Source: a virus (lineage: Duplodnaviria; Heunggongvirae; Uroviricota; Caudoviricetes). Taken from it: 41,211 nt of DNA. The stretch is from IMG/VR virus record IMGVR_UViG_2698536518_000008, positions 1-41,211 of that record, one strand, 5' to 3'. Position 1 is the stretch's first letter. Each line of letters opens with the position of its first letter. The translations under genes and the position numbers were made by a program. Positions 1 through 8,643 of this stretch are shown here, piece after piece. Under the pieces are notes generated by a model. The model had not been told where the DNA came from and ran no database searches. It saw only the letters and a program-made list of their open reading frames with translations.

Positions 1-1194
1 ATGATCACCGACACAAAGCTCAGGAAGGCGCTCGGCAAGAAAAGAGATGATATCGAGATTATTTCTGATTCGCACGGGCTCAACGCCAGAATCAGCCAGG
101 CCGGAAAAATATCATTTTTCTATCGGTATCGCTGGGCCGGTAAAGCGGTAAAACTCAATGTTGGTGATTATCCTGCAATGAGTATCACCCAGGCAAGAGA
201 GCGTCGCCAACAATTCAGAAACTGGTTAACTGAGGGACTGGATCCGCGAGAGCAGGTGAAGCTGGATAAGCAGACCCGACAGGAAGCGATGTCCGTTGCC
301 GAAGCGTTCAATTACTGGATTGAAAGGCACTGTATCGCTAACGGGCTAGTTAAAGTCGATTACTATCGCCAGGTGTTTGAGAAACATATCGCCGAACCGA
401 TGAAGAATGTCAAAGTCGATAACACAGCGAAAATGCACTGGATCAACGTCTTCGATTCTATAGAAAGCAGGGTGATGGCTCATTACATGCTTTCGCTGTG
501 CAAACGGGCGTTTAGGTTCTGCGTTAACAGAAGTGTGATCGCCTCAAACCCACTCGAGGGATTACTGCCATCTGATGTCGGGCAAAAGCCTAAAAAGAGA
601 ACTCGCAGGATGGACGATGACGATCTGCGCAAAATCTATCAGTGGTTGAAAAGCCATATGTCGATAGAGTCCGTTTTCCTGGTGAAATTTATTATGCTTA
701 CCGGATGCCGTACGGCTGAGATTCGACTTAGTGAGAGATCATGGTTTCGATTGGATGATAATGAGTGGGTCGTGCCTGCGGGCAGTTATAAAACTCGGGT
801 ACATATTAGAAGGGGACTCTCAGACGCCGCCGTTAACCTGGTCAGAAATCACCTCAAGAAAATAAACACCAATCACCTGGTGACTTCACAACGTAAAATT
901 GATGGCGGGATCAAAGATTCGCCCGTTCATTCACCTGTGGCATCCAATTACGCCCGTTCTATTTGGAATGGAACAGGTATGGCAGAGTGGTCGCTTCATG
1001 ATATGAGGCGGACGATAGCCACAAATCTCTCTGAGTTAGGTTGCCCGCCGCACGTAATTGAAAAGCTGCTCGGGCATCAGATGGTGGGGGTTATGGCGCA
1101 TTACAACCTTCATGACTATATCGATGATCAGAAACACTGGCTCCGCGTTTGGCAGAGCCATCTTGAAGAGATCATCGGAGAGCCCTTCAGTTAA
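1..1194 (+). CDS. int: Tyrosine-type site-specific integrase
   Basis: 397-aa ORF; C-terminal catalytic signature of tyrosine recombinases (R in TGCRTAEI, H-x-x-R in LHDMRRT, Y in AHYNLHDY); convergent with adjacent Xis-like gene; window begins at its ATG so the att site upstream is not visible. Confidence 0.9.
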
Positions 1195-1433
1195 TTTATC
1201 TTCTTTTTATCCTCCCACTCTTTGATTGACTCAGAGCGCCAGCGGTTAGGGTTGCCGGGCCAGTCAGGGGGTGGGAACGGGCATACGAAGCCCCGAGGCA
1301 TTGTGTCTGCACTTTGCCATGACCAAAGGGTTTTGCGTGAAATTTTGTAGCGACTGGTCAGGTCTGACGTTACCAAAATATCATCCATAGCTCTCTCCAG
1401 TTGCCCGTTCGGGCCATTCAAAATCTTTTTCAA
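1191..1433 (-). CDS. AlpA/Xis-like small DNA-binding protein (putative excisionase)
   Basis: 80 aa; [11 protein letters not shown] motif typical of AlpA-family prophage regulators/excisionases; 4-nt overlap with int stop; last gene of leftward operon. Confidence 0.55.
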
Positions 1434-1675
1434 CCAACCTGCCCGGGCAGGGAGCGGAGACGGCGCATGCCGGTCATCGCTGTGGCCACGTAGCTCGCCT
1501 TTCGGTTCACCACCTCCACCCAGACTTTCACGCCTTCAACCTTCACCGTATAAGTCTCTTTCATCTTGCTTCGCCCATAGTCGCCATATGTTTGCAAGTG
1601 AGCTGCCAGCGCAACATCGCAAGCGCGGCGACCAATAGGTGATTGCTTACTGCGATTAATCAGCTTCATCATCAC
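1430..1675 (-). CDS. Hypothetical phage protein
   Basis: 81-aa ORF, ATGA-type overlaps with both neighbours (translational coupling) in leftward operon. Confidence 0.4.
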   Translation of the reverse strand: MMMKLINRSKQSPIGRRACDVALAAHLQTYGDYGRSKMKETYTVKVEGVKVWVEVVNRKASYVATAMTGMRRLRSLPGQVG

Positions 1676-2577
1676 TGCACTCCCAAAGTGGCTACGACAT
1701 CACTCGCTGTTTCGCGGGTACTGCCTTTGCTGGATATAGCCCGGCGAGCACTGACGCGGTGCAGCGTGAAGCCGTGCTGTTCGTAAAGTTCAATTACGCG
1801 CGGAGCGGTAGAATTGCTGATCACCACTTTTGCCCCCCGCTGGTGGGCTGCCACACAGCTTTCCGTAAGTTCTACCTGGCTATCCCATGAGAACCCACCA
1901 GCCGCGTAGTTAGTGAAACCAGCGGTGCCGGGCAGCGGTTCATAAGGCGGATCGCAGTAAACGACGTCACCATCACCTGCCAGCGCGAGCGTGCGCCTGA
2001 AGCCTGCATTCATGAATACGCATGCGTGAGCCTTCCGCTTAAATGCCCTGATCTCTTCTTCCGGGAAATATGGCGCTTTATATTTCCCAAAGCCGACGTT
2101 AAAAAAACCGTCCAGGTTATAACGGATCAGCCCGTTGAAGCAGTGCCGGTTGAGGTAAAGGAGCGCTGCTGCGCGCTCAACCGCATCCAGCCGCTGCGCG
2201 TTGAATGCTTCACGAATTACCGTGTAGTTTTCGGCATCATTCAGATGCCTGAATGCCTTCATTGCCTCATAGATCACCGAGTCGGGGACCACCGCCAGCA
2301 TCTGATACAGGTTAATCAGGTCAGCGTTGACGTCAGCCAGAAGAAAGCGTTCGTGCTTGTCTGAGTTAAGGAACACCGAGCCGCCACCCACAAAAGGCTC
2401 AATAAGGCGTTTCCCTGCGGGGATCAGGCGATCCAGTTCCGGCAGCAGCGAATATTTGCCGCCAGCCCATTTAAGGAACGGGCGCTGCCAAATTCGTGAT
2501 GCTGGATTGTGTGCGGGTGGCAGCTTAACCGCTTCATTGAATTGCTCAACGCAAACACTTACAAATCCGTAATTCAT
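1672..2577 (-). CDS. dam: DNA adenine methyltransferase (Dam-like, N6-adenine MTase)
   Basis: 301 aa; DPPY catalytic motif (VVYCDPPYEP) and N-terminal SAM-binding FLKWAGGK motif characteristic of D12-class N6-adenine methyltransferases. Confidence 0.85.
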   Translation of the reverse strand: MNYGFVSVCVEQFNEAVKLPPAHNPASRIWQRPFLKWAGGKYSLLPELDRLIPAGKRLIEPFVGGGSVFLNSDKHERFLLADVNADLINLYQMLAVVPDSVIYEAMKAFRHLNDAENYTVIREAFNAQRLDAVERAAALLYLNRHCFNGLIRYNLDGFFNVGFGKYKAPYFPEEEIRAFKRKAHACVFMNAGFRRTLALAGDGDVVYCDPPYEPLPGTAGFTNYAAGGFSWDSQVELTESCVAAHQRGAKVVISNSTAPRVIELYEQHGFTLHRVSARRAISSKGSTRETASDVVATLGVQ

Positions 2578-2732
2578 GCTGCCACCTGCTTTTCGTTAAG
2601 TTCTTCAGCCAGTCGTTGCGCCTTCAGTGGGTTGGTAACGACATCACCCCACGGCAGCAACCATCCGTTTTTCTCTTTGAGCCAGGGAAGGCGCAGTGTG
2701 CCAACCCTGATGTCGTCGTGAGCGTGAGTCAT
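2574..2732 (-). CDS. Small hypothetical protein (52 aa), not in supplied ORF track
   Basis: Translated by hand: MTHAHDDIRVGTLRLPWLKEKNGWLLPWGDVVTNPLKAQRLAEELNEKQVAA; start overlaps stop of upstream ORF and stop overlaps dam ATG (ATGA couplings on both sides). Confidence 0.35.
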   Translation of the reverse strand: MTHAHDDIRVGTLRLPWLKEKNGWLLPWGDVVTNPLKAQRLAEELNEKQVAA

Positions 2733-3157
2733 AGGATGGACTCCATTTCGTCGATGTAGAGGCCCTGAGCAATCAGGCGGCTACGGCGGGCGGCACGGGC
2801 TATGCACTCCTGCCGTCTACCTTCCTGCGATTGCTCAATGGCGCGCCGGGTGAACAGGCGCGATTTGCCCTGCGGCGTCACAACCTTCGGCTTCGTGACC
2901 AGGTCGAAAGTCCGGTCGCAGATGCCGTCCCCGTTGATCCACTTTTCCGACTCAACGATCTGCGCTATCTGTCCGGAGCCGCGGGTAATACCGTTGGCTA
3001 CCCGGTTAAACTCGATGAGCGTTACGCCAAACTTCTCAGCGATTTCGCTGCCGGTTACCGGGCGGCCGCGCGTCTGAATCATCCAGATAACGCGCTCACG
3101 AAGGCCGGAGAATTGCCCGGTGCGCCCTGGCCTGCGGTAAAATGGTGTGCGTTTCAT
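2729..3157 (-). CDS. Hypothetical protein, possible HTH DNA-binding
   Basis: 142 aa; segment VTGSEIAEKFGVT resembles a helix-turn-helix; overlaps YqaJ gene by ATGA. Confidence 0.45.
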   Translation of the reverse strand: MKRTPFYRRPGRTGQFSGLRERVIWMIQTRGRPVTGSEIAEKFGVTLIEFNRVANGITRGSGQIAQIVESEKWINGDGICDRTFDLVTKPKVVTPQGKSRLFTRRAIEQSQEGRRQECIARAARRSRLIAQGLYIDEMESIL

Positions 3158-3771
3158 GCTGCACGCTCTGTGATTTTCTGAATTTCCGATTCCAGATCTG
3201 CAAGGAAGCTCTTAACCTCAGATTCGATTTCGCGCGCCAGCTCTTCATCGAAATGAATCCGCTTCTTGAAATAGGCGAGGTCAGGCGGCAGGCGATCATC
3301 GAAACTAACGAAATCACACCATTTCCGCCCGGTGCACATCATCTGTGCATGCATTTGCAGCATGTACTGGCGCTTTGGCTCACCAGTTTTCAGCGTTTCA
3401 AGATGGGTCCAGGTGTTGGGGCATTTGATTTCGATAAGCCCGTCGTCGTTGACAAGTCCGTCCGGGCTGGCTGCGAATCCGGGTATGGTTGGGTGATCGA
3501 TGAGCCCAACTTCAGTGATTGCCGCATTGAACTCATTCAGCGCGTACATTTCGCGTGCCACTGGCTCAAGTTCAGTGCCGCGCATCATCGCGGCATTCGA
3601 AAACCCTTCCTCCAGCTTCCCGGTCAGCCGTTGGCAAATCAGCTCGGCCATGTAGTTCTGGCGGCTGGTGGAGTAGCCCGACTTAGTCCGGGCCATGACA
3701 TCAGCCAGGCGACTGGCTGTGACCTTGCCGCAGCGCGCAGCAAACCATTCAGGGGTGCGTTGCTCTATCAT
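3154..3771 (-). CDS. YqaJ-like phage alkaline exonuclease (lambda Exo-type recombination nuclease)
   Basis: 205 aa; begins MIEQRTPEWFAAR and contains EIKCP motif typical of YqaJ/lambda-exonuclease family; immediately downstream of recT as in RecET-like modules. Confidence 0.75.
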   Translation of the reverse strand: MIEQRTPEWFAARCGKVTASRLADVMARTKSGYSTSRQNYMAELICQRLTGKLEEGFSNAAMMRGTELEPVAREMYALNEFNAAITEVGLIDHPTIPGFAASPDGLVNDDGLIEIKCPNTWTHLETLKTGEPKRQYMLQMHAQMMCTGRKWCDFVSFDDRLPPDLAYFKKRIHFDEELAREIESEVKSFLADLESEIQKITERAA

Positions 3772-4529
3772 TCAGCCTCCGTCTCTGCGACATTGACAGG
3801 TTCGGCGTTGTCGACAGCAAGACTCATGTCATACATGCGTCGTTTCTCAACTGCGCCGATCACCTGTTTCTCTTCGGCGCTCAGCGCCACCCAGAACTCC
3901 TGATACTTAACGGTTCCAAGGCGCGCGGCGGACTCACCTTTTGCGATCAGTTCCGGGCGGCGGCTATCTGATTCATGGCCCGCATGAACCTCTGCCGTTG
4001 TTCCTTCAATTACTCGCTCTGCCTCATCCTGGTCGAAGATGCCAGCGAAACCAAAGGCCAGACGCGCGCACTGGATCAGCGTCTTGTGGCGAAGCATGCG
4101 GGTAGGGTGGGACTGCCATGGCTGAGTGTTGCGTTTGCACTCTCCCATGTACTCGGTGACGATGGTCGGGTGCTTACGGTCTTTGCGGTAAATCTTGCAG
4201 GTACACGCGCCTTCCTCCTTGTCGTAAGAGAACTCCATGCCGTCAAACTGAGGATGCTCGTTGATAATGCGAGCCCATCCATCAACGCCGACGACCGGGA
4301 CAATCCCGCCTTTATCTGGGAATGCGTAAATCTCTTTGGTCCATGGGTTCAGGCCGTACTGGTTGGCGACGATCAACAGGGCTGTAAACTGCTCGTCCGT
4401 GACGTTGCCACCTTTGAACGCTGTATTCTTCAGCGTATTCATCAGGTCTGTACCGGCATCCATGCCGAGGCGTGCGGCCAGTTTCCCGGCCATGGTGGAA
4501 AGTGCAGTACTCATTGTTAAATCCCTCAA
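3768..4529 (-). CDS. recT: RecT-family single-strand annealing recombinase
   Basis: 253 aa; LIVANQYGLNPW and surrounding motifs characteristic of RecT/Bet family; paired with exonuclease gene. Confidence 0.85.
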   Translation of the reverse strand: MRDLTMSTALSTMAGKLAARLGMDAGTDLMNTLKNTAFKGGNVTDEQFTALLIVANQYGLNPWTKEIYAFPDKGGIVPVVGVDGWARIINEHPQFDGMEFSYDKEEGACTCKIYRKDRKHPTIVTEYMGECKRNTQPWQSHPTRMLRHKTLIQCARLAFGFAGIFDQDEAERVIEGTTAEVHAGHESDSRRPELIAKGESAARLGTVKYQEFWVALSAEEKQVIGAVEKRRMYDMSLAVDNAEPVNVAETEAE

Positions 4530-4532
4530 AAA

Positions 4533-4817
4533 TTAAAACGGGCAGCCGGTACGGTGTTCCCAGTCGTATTCCGCCTGGGCGTAAGCAACTACCGAAATGA
4601 AATCGTTGTAGGCCTCGCCAGCTTTATCGCTGCGAAGCCCTTCGTATGGGCTGGAGTCTATCGGGATCGTGAAGTGGAAGAGGCCGGACGGCTCTTTAGG
4701 CATCATGTCGATGATTTTCTGCGCCCGGTCGTCGATCCACTTCTCTTTCTCGTCGGTGATCTGCTGCTCAGCCCAGCGCCGATCTTCGATGCGGTCGTAA
4801 GTGAGGTATGCGTTCAT
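4533..4817 (-). CDS. Hypothetical phage protein
   Basis: 94-aa acidic ORF in leftward operon. Confidence 0.45.
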   Translation of the reverse strand: MNAYLTYDRIEDRRWAEQQITDEKEKWIDDRAQKIIDMMPKEPSGLFHFTIPIDSSPYEGLRSDKAGEAYNDFISVVAYAQAEYDWEHRTGCPF

Positions 4818-4824
4818 GGTTGCC

Positions 4825-5796
4825 TCAGTAATGAATTTTCGCGCAGGGGATCAGGTCATCTTTCAGAGCGGTAAGCACTTCGATAGCCTGCTCGCGGGTT
4901 AAGCTGGTTTGGCTGGTGAGCGCGTTAACGATGTTGGTGCCGACCGTCTTGCGGTGCTTAACGTCAGCTTCACGCTTTGCCTGCTCATCGGCGAGGCGCT
5001 TCTCTTCGGCCAGGCGGGCATCTTCGGCCTGTTTGGCCTTCAGGCGCTCGGCTTCAACCGCCGCGGCTTTTTCGCGTTCCGCCCGGGCTTCCGCTTCCTG
5101 CTTCTCGCGAGCTGCACGCTGTTCCGCTTCGACGCGCTGGCGCTCCGCCAGTTCAGCGCGGGCTTTCTCTTCGGCTTCACGGCGCGCTGCGGCTTCAATC
5201 TCCGCTTTGTGCTTCGCTTCGGCATCGCGGCGGGCTTGTTCTGCCGCTTCCTGTTTCAGCCGCTCATCACGTTCACGCTGAGCCTGTTCCGCCAGACGGC
5301 GCTGCTCTTCGCGGTCACGGTCAAAATCCTTGTTCATCAGTAGAGCCATTTCGTGGTCCGCTTCGAACTTGGCAGCCAGCTCCTGATCGAACCTGATGTT
5401 CATCTCCAGCGCTTCGGCGTGCATCGCGTTCATGGCTTCTTCAGCCTTAATGCGTTCCTGCTCGGCTTCCCATTCGGTGAGTGGGCGGCGGGTCGCATCG
5501 CGCAGCTCGTCGCAGGCATCAACGAATCGCTTAATTTCGGCCTCAGCCGGACGCACAGCCTCTTTCAGGCGCTTCAGGTACTCACGGCCCGGCTTTTCGA
5601 TTGCCGTCTTGCTGCGGGACACCTGCGCTGCCAGAGAGGCAACACGGTCACGGCCTTTCTTCGTGGACAGGTCCGGCACTTCGTTTACAGCCTGGCGGAT
5701 TTGCTCAAGGTACGCGTCAAGGCCGCCCGCTACGTAAAGCACTGGGGCCTGTTCCGGCTTGATTTCGATGACAGTTAAGTCCGTTACTTCGCTCAT
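4825..5796 (-). CDS. Coiled-coil protein with long E/A/R/K-rich low-complexity repeat region
   Basis: 323 aa; central ~170 aa is almost pure AEQ/RERDE/KAE heptad-like repeats (EAEQRAAREKQEAEARAEREK...); DNA is GC-rich and repetitive, generating many spurious ORFs on the other strand. Confidence 0.5.
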   Translation of the reverse strand: MSEVTDLTVIEIKPEQAPVLYVAGGLDAYLEQIRQAVNEVPDLSTKKGRDRVASLAAQVSRSKTAIEKPGREYLKRLKEAVRPAEAEIKRFVDACDELRDATRRPLTEWEAEQERIKAEEAMNAMHAEALEMNIRFDQELAAKFEADHEMALLMNKDFDRDREEQRRLAEQAQRERDERLKQEAAEQARRDAEAKHKAEIEAAARREAEEKARAELAERQRVEAEQRAAREKQEAEARAEREKAAAVEAERLKAKQAEDARLAEEKRLADEQAKREADVKHRKTVGTNIVNALTSQTSLTREQAIEVLTALKDDLIPCAKIHY

Positions 5797-5866
5797 GGTT
5801 TCTCCTGAAATTTGGATGTGCAGATCCCGCCCGCGTAATGCCAGGCCGATCGGTTGAATAGGGTGG

Positions 5867-6064
5867 TTACTGCTGCGCGATGGATTTCGCCGGGAACTCG
5901 CCGTTGCGGATGATGCTTTCTACCGGCCAGCACTCAGCTGACACTTTCTGCTCTGTAGCTGCCAGGCTGCATTCCTGCTGGCTGTCGTAAACGCCGAGAA
6001 TGACATCCTGATAATCACCGTTGGTCATTGCCACGGTCAGGACGAGTGCGAATAAAGTTTCCAT
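5867..6064 (-). CDS. Small hypothetical protein (65 aa from METLF start)
   Basis: Track ORF 5867..6118 probably starts at internal Met (METLFALVLTVAMTNGDY...), hydrophobic N-terminus; its ATG overlaps by 1 nt the stop of the upstream 41-aa ORF. Confidence 0.35.
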   Translation of the reverse strand: METLFALVLTVAMTNGDYQDVILGVYDSQQECSLAATEQKVSAECWPVESIIRNGEFPAKSIAQQ

Positions 6065-6192
6065 CAGTGAAGAGTCCTCCCGATGGCGACGGCGTAAAGG
6101 CGTTTTGCTTCTTCCCACGCCGGAGCATTGCGATGGAGCACCGCGAACGACGCGAGCCGTTGGGCCTCTCTGATCTGCTGCTGGTTTACCAT
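6064..6192 (-). CDS. Small hypothetical protein (41 aa), not in supplied ORF track
   Basis: Hand translation MVNQQQIREAQRLASFAVLHRNAPAWEEAKRLYAVAIGRTLH; preceded by strong Shine-Dalgarno (AAGAGGAAATC-ATG on minus strand). Confidence 0.3.
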   Translation of the reverse strand: MVNQQQIREAQRLASFAVLHRNAPAWEEAKRLYAVAIGRTLH

Positions 6193-6332
6193 GATTTCCT
6201 CTTGGCCTTATCGCGGCGAACGGAACGGTTAATACAAGACTTCAACGCATTTATTCAGTGTTTCAATGGGCGGTGGATGGCCGCCGGTTGTCATAAATGG
6301 GCAGACTCGAAAATCTGCCTATGTATGGCCGA

Positions 6333-6353
6333 TAAAAAACCCGCCGGAGCGGG
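6333..6353 (-). terminator. Intrinsic terminator immediately downstream of the 222-aa gene (tL1-like position)
   Basis: Plus-strand sequence AAAAAA-CCCGC-cgga-GCGGG; on the minus strand this is a GC hairpin followed by a U-run, abutting the stop codon at 6354-6356. Confidence 0.5.
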
Positions 6354-7022
6354 TCATTCATTCTTTGGTATGCCGCAAAGGGCGTTTAGCGTTTCAACGG
6401 GAATGGCAAGTGCGGTGCTGGTCGCTTCACGGCGTTCCACCTCAGGCAAATATGGCACTGCATCAGGCCACATCTCAGCCAGTTTTTTAACAGTTGAGAC
6501 TTTGGTTAGAGCACCTTTAACCTGCAATTGGAAGGCATCAACTTCATCGTAAAGAACGTTGATGGTTACCGTCGATTCAGTGAGTCGGTCGTGTAATTTT
6601 CCAACTTTCTTCAGCGTGCTGTAACTTTCAGGAACGAAACCCGAATCAATTACAGGCGCGAAGGAAGCTCCGAAGAACAGGTCGCTTTCAAGATCGTGCT
6701 TACCAATATGTTTTCCACGGTGGAGATAGCGATGATCCAAACCGTTCCTGGCTAATTCGTGATACTCACCATTAATAATGACCTTTAAAATTGCAGTTTT
6801 AGCGCCGACCTGCATCTTGATGAAGGAGTTATCTTTGAAATCTTCCCGAGCCTTAGTTATTTGCTCATCGCTAGTGTTTTCCTGCTTGAGCAATGCCTGT
6901 CGAATTTCTTCAACAATTTTCGCCCTCTCATTAACCGCAGCTTTCGCTTTCTCAAACAATGGGGATGCGAGAAGCAGGTTATGGCATAGCTGATTTTTAA
7001 TTTCGTTGTTAAGACGAATCAT
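6354..7022 (-). CDS. Unknown protein (222 aa), AT-rich accessory gene in pL-proximal (N-equivalent) position
   Basis: ORF with SD (GAGGGT) 6 nt upstream; visibly AT-richer than flanking genes; first gene downstream of the OL operator cluster and ~400-nt leader; no motif I can recognise. Confidence 0.55.
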   Translation of the reverse strand: MIRLNNEIKNQLCHNLLLASPLFEKAKAAVNERAKIVEEIRQALLKQENTSDEQITKAREDFKDNSFIKMQVGAKTAILKVIINGEYHELARNGLDHRYLHRGKHIGKHDLESDLFFGASFAPVIDSGFVPESYSTLKKVGKLHDRLTESTVTINVLYDEVDAFQLQVKGALTKVSTVKKLAEMWPDAVPYLPEVERREATSTALAIPVETLNALCGIPKNE

Positions 7023-7437
7023 TGACTTACCCTCTGTCGTTACCCGCTGATGCGGGAGAAATGCTTTGGCGATGTGGTAGGTGGGAGACCCATTTCGACC
7101 CGATTCGGCCTACTTATCTTCGGCAATAGCTCCTCGGGCCTCGCCGCTTTACGTGCGACATATTCCCGTCCATGAACCCTTCACCACATCCCATAACATT
7201 CCCTGTATTGGTCAGCGCCAACTCCCTGCCAGTGTTGCCCGTTCTCACGCCGTTCTCGCTCTCGCGCGGGGATACTCTCTCACCGACCGGATCGCACCCG
7301 GTGATACAGCACGTTTACGTGTAGGGGTCTTAACAGGTCATTGACGCTGTAAATCTGCATGTTGTTAAAAAGCAGGCGACTTGCTGTCCGCCGCTGGCTA
7401 ACTTCGCTCAGCTGTCGATGTTTCGTTTCGATGGGGT

Positions 7438-7520
7438 AAATTTAGCGTGATGCTAAATTATGCGCAATAGCAAAATGCTAAATTGTTGAATGGTTTTATT
7501 TAGCGTATTGATTAATAAGC
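7438..7520. promoter_or_regulatory. OL-like operator cluster / leftward early promoter region
   Basis: Perfect palindrome AATTTAGC-N5-GCTAAATT at 7439-7459 plus two degenerate copies (about 7466-7486 and 7494-7514); same half-site as in the cI-cro intergenic region. Confidence 0.55.
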
Positions 7521-7564
7521 GATTAAAAATTTACAGCGAAGGAATTCGGGACGTAAAAAAGCCC

Positions 7565-7588
7565 GCGCGATGGCGGGCTTGAGGGGTT
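7565..7588 (-). terminator. Intrinsic terminator downstream of cI
   Basis: Plus-strand AAAAAA-GCCCGC-gcgatg-GCGGGC; on minus strand GC-rich hairpin followed by U6, 10 nt after the cI stop codon. Confidence 0.6.
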
Positions 7589-7598
7589 TTGCGTGAGG

Positions 7599-8276
7599 TT
7601 ATGGGATGTTTAGTATTTTGGCATCAACCACAACGCCGATGATTTTGCAGTTTCCATTAATTTCTAGCATTGGATATGCGGGGTTAAGGGGCTTTAGGAA
7701 GCGTCTGCCGGCATCGATTACAAGCTTCTTAAAGGTCGCTTCGTTATCGCCTTCTAGCTTCGCGACAACCAGCTTTCCGTTGCGCGGCTCGACTTCAGGA
7801 TCAACAAGTATCGCTGCTCCCTCGGGTATGCTCAGTCCAGCCGGGGAGGTCATAGAATCCCCTTTAACGTCCAGCCAGAATGAATCTTCTGAGCAGTCAA
7901 CAGTCGTGTCATACCAGCGATCTATCGCTCTTCGGTGATAAGGTTCTACAGCTTCCATCCATTGCCCCGCGCTTACCCAGCTGATTACAGGATAACTTCC
8001 TTTTGTCTCGTTCAGTCCTCGAAATGCAACGTTCGAAGGTTCTTCACTGGCGTGTAAAACATCCATCCAGCCAAAAGGCAGATCAAGCGCAGTTTCAATT
8101 TTGCGAGCCATCTTATCGCCGATATTGCGATGAGGGTTTGGTCCCAGTAGCTGGCTAAGCGCAGCCGGACTTGTCTCGATGAGCTCGGCAAACTGCGCTT
8201 TGGTCATTCCAGACTCGTGCTGACGCTTCTCGTACAGCGCTTCCAGGTTGGCTTTTCTGATTTCTTTATTTTCCAT
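7599..8276 (-). CDS. cI: CI-type prophage repressor (HTH + S24 LexA-like peptidase domain)
   Basis: Track ORF 7599..8393; likely start at internal Met 8276 (MENKEIRKANLEALYEKRQ...); N-terminal HTH, C-terminal autocleavage domain with GDSM serine motif and downstream lysine (VVAKLEG); divergent from cro. Confidence 0.85.
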   Translation of the reverse strand: MENKEIRKANLEALYEKRQHESGMTKAQFAELIETSPAALSQLLGPNPHRNIGDKMARKIETALDLPFGWMDVLHASEEPSNVAFRGLNETKGSYPVISWVSAGQWMEAVEPYHRRAIDRWYDTTVDCSEDSFWLDVKGDSMTSPAGLSIPEGAAILVDPEVEPRNGKLVVAKLEGDNEATFKKLVIDAGRRFLKPLNPAYPMLEINGNCKIIGVVVDAKILNIP

Positions 8277-8292
8277 ACCTGCATTGTTACTG

Positions 8293-8360
8293 CTTTTAGC
8301 AAAATGATAAATGTGCAAATTGCTAAATGATGCTTGCGTAGTATTTAGCATAACGCTAAA
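8293..8360. promoter_or_regulatory. OR-like operator cluster with divergent promoters (pRM/pR equivalents)
   Basis: TTTAGC-N5-GCTAAA perfect site at 8344-8360 and TTTAGC-N5-GATAAA at 8295-8311, further partial copy around 8316-8338; located between divergent cI and cro starts. Confidence 0.6.
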
Positions 8361-8392
8361 CTCCAAATCAAACGACTCACCCGGAGACACCA

Positions 8393-8626
8393 ATGAGCAC
8401 TGAACTACACCGCTGGCGCAAGGCCGCCACTACCGACGAATGGGCGCAGCTCGCAAAGTTGGCTAACACGACGCCAGGTTACCTGGACCAGATCGCCTAC
8501 GGAAATCGCCGGGCATCTCCAGAAATGGCATCTGCTATCGAGAAAGGCACGAAGAATTTTCACCGCCAGGCTCCGGTCCTAAAAGAAAGCCTGGTATTCG
8601 CATCGCCGCGTGATACTGCGGCCTAA
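8393..8626 (+). CDS. cro: Cro-like HTH regulator
   Basis: 77 aa; first rightward gene after operator cluster; HTH-like segment EWAQLAKLANTTPGYLDQIAYG. Confidence 0.7.
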   Translation: MSTELHRWRKAATTDEWAQLAKLANTTPGYLDQIAYGNRRASPEMASAIEKGTKNFHRQAPVLKESLVFASPRDTAA

Positions 8627-8643
8627 CCACGAAAGGGAAAGCA

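Noticed and set aside
4909-5778. Multiple overlapping plus-strand ORFs (113-144 aa) opposite the coiled-coil gene
   Set aside because: They are in several frames, Ala/Arg/Ser-rich and mirror the GC-rich repeats of the minus-strand gene; classic antisense artefacts.
6354-7022. Calling the 222-aa pL-proximal protein an N antiterminator
   Set aside because: It occupies the N position but is far larger than N and lacks an Arg-rich motif; naming it N would be unsupported, so it is left as unknown and raised as a finding.
7081-7344. Plus-strand 87-aa ORF inside the GC-rich leader between the OL cluster and the 222-aa gene
   Set aside because: No RBS, lies antisense to the expected pL transcript, and the composition-driven open frame is typical of GC-rich non-coding DNA; treated as part of the leader rather than a gene.
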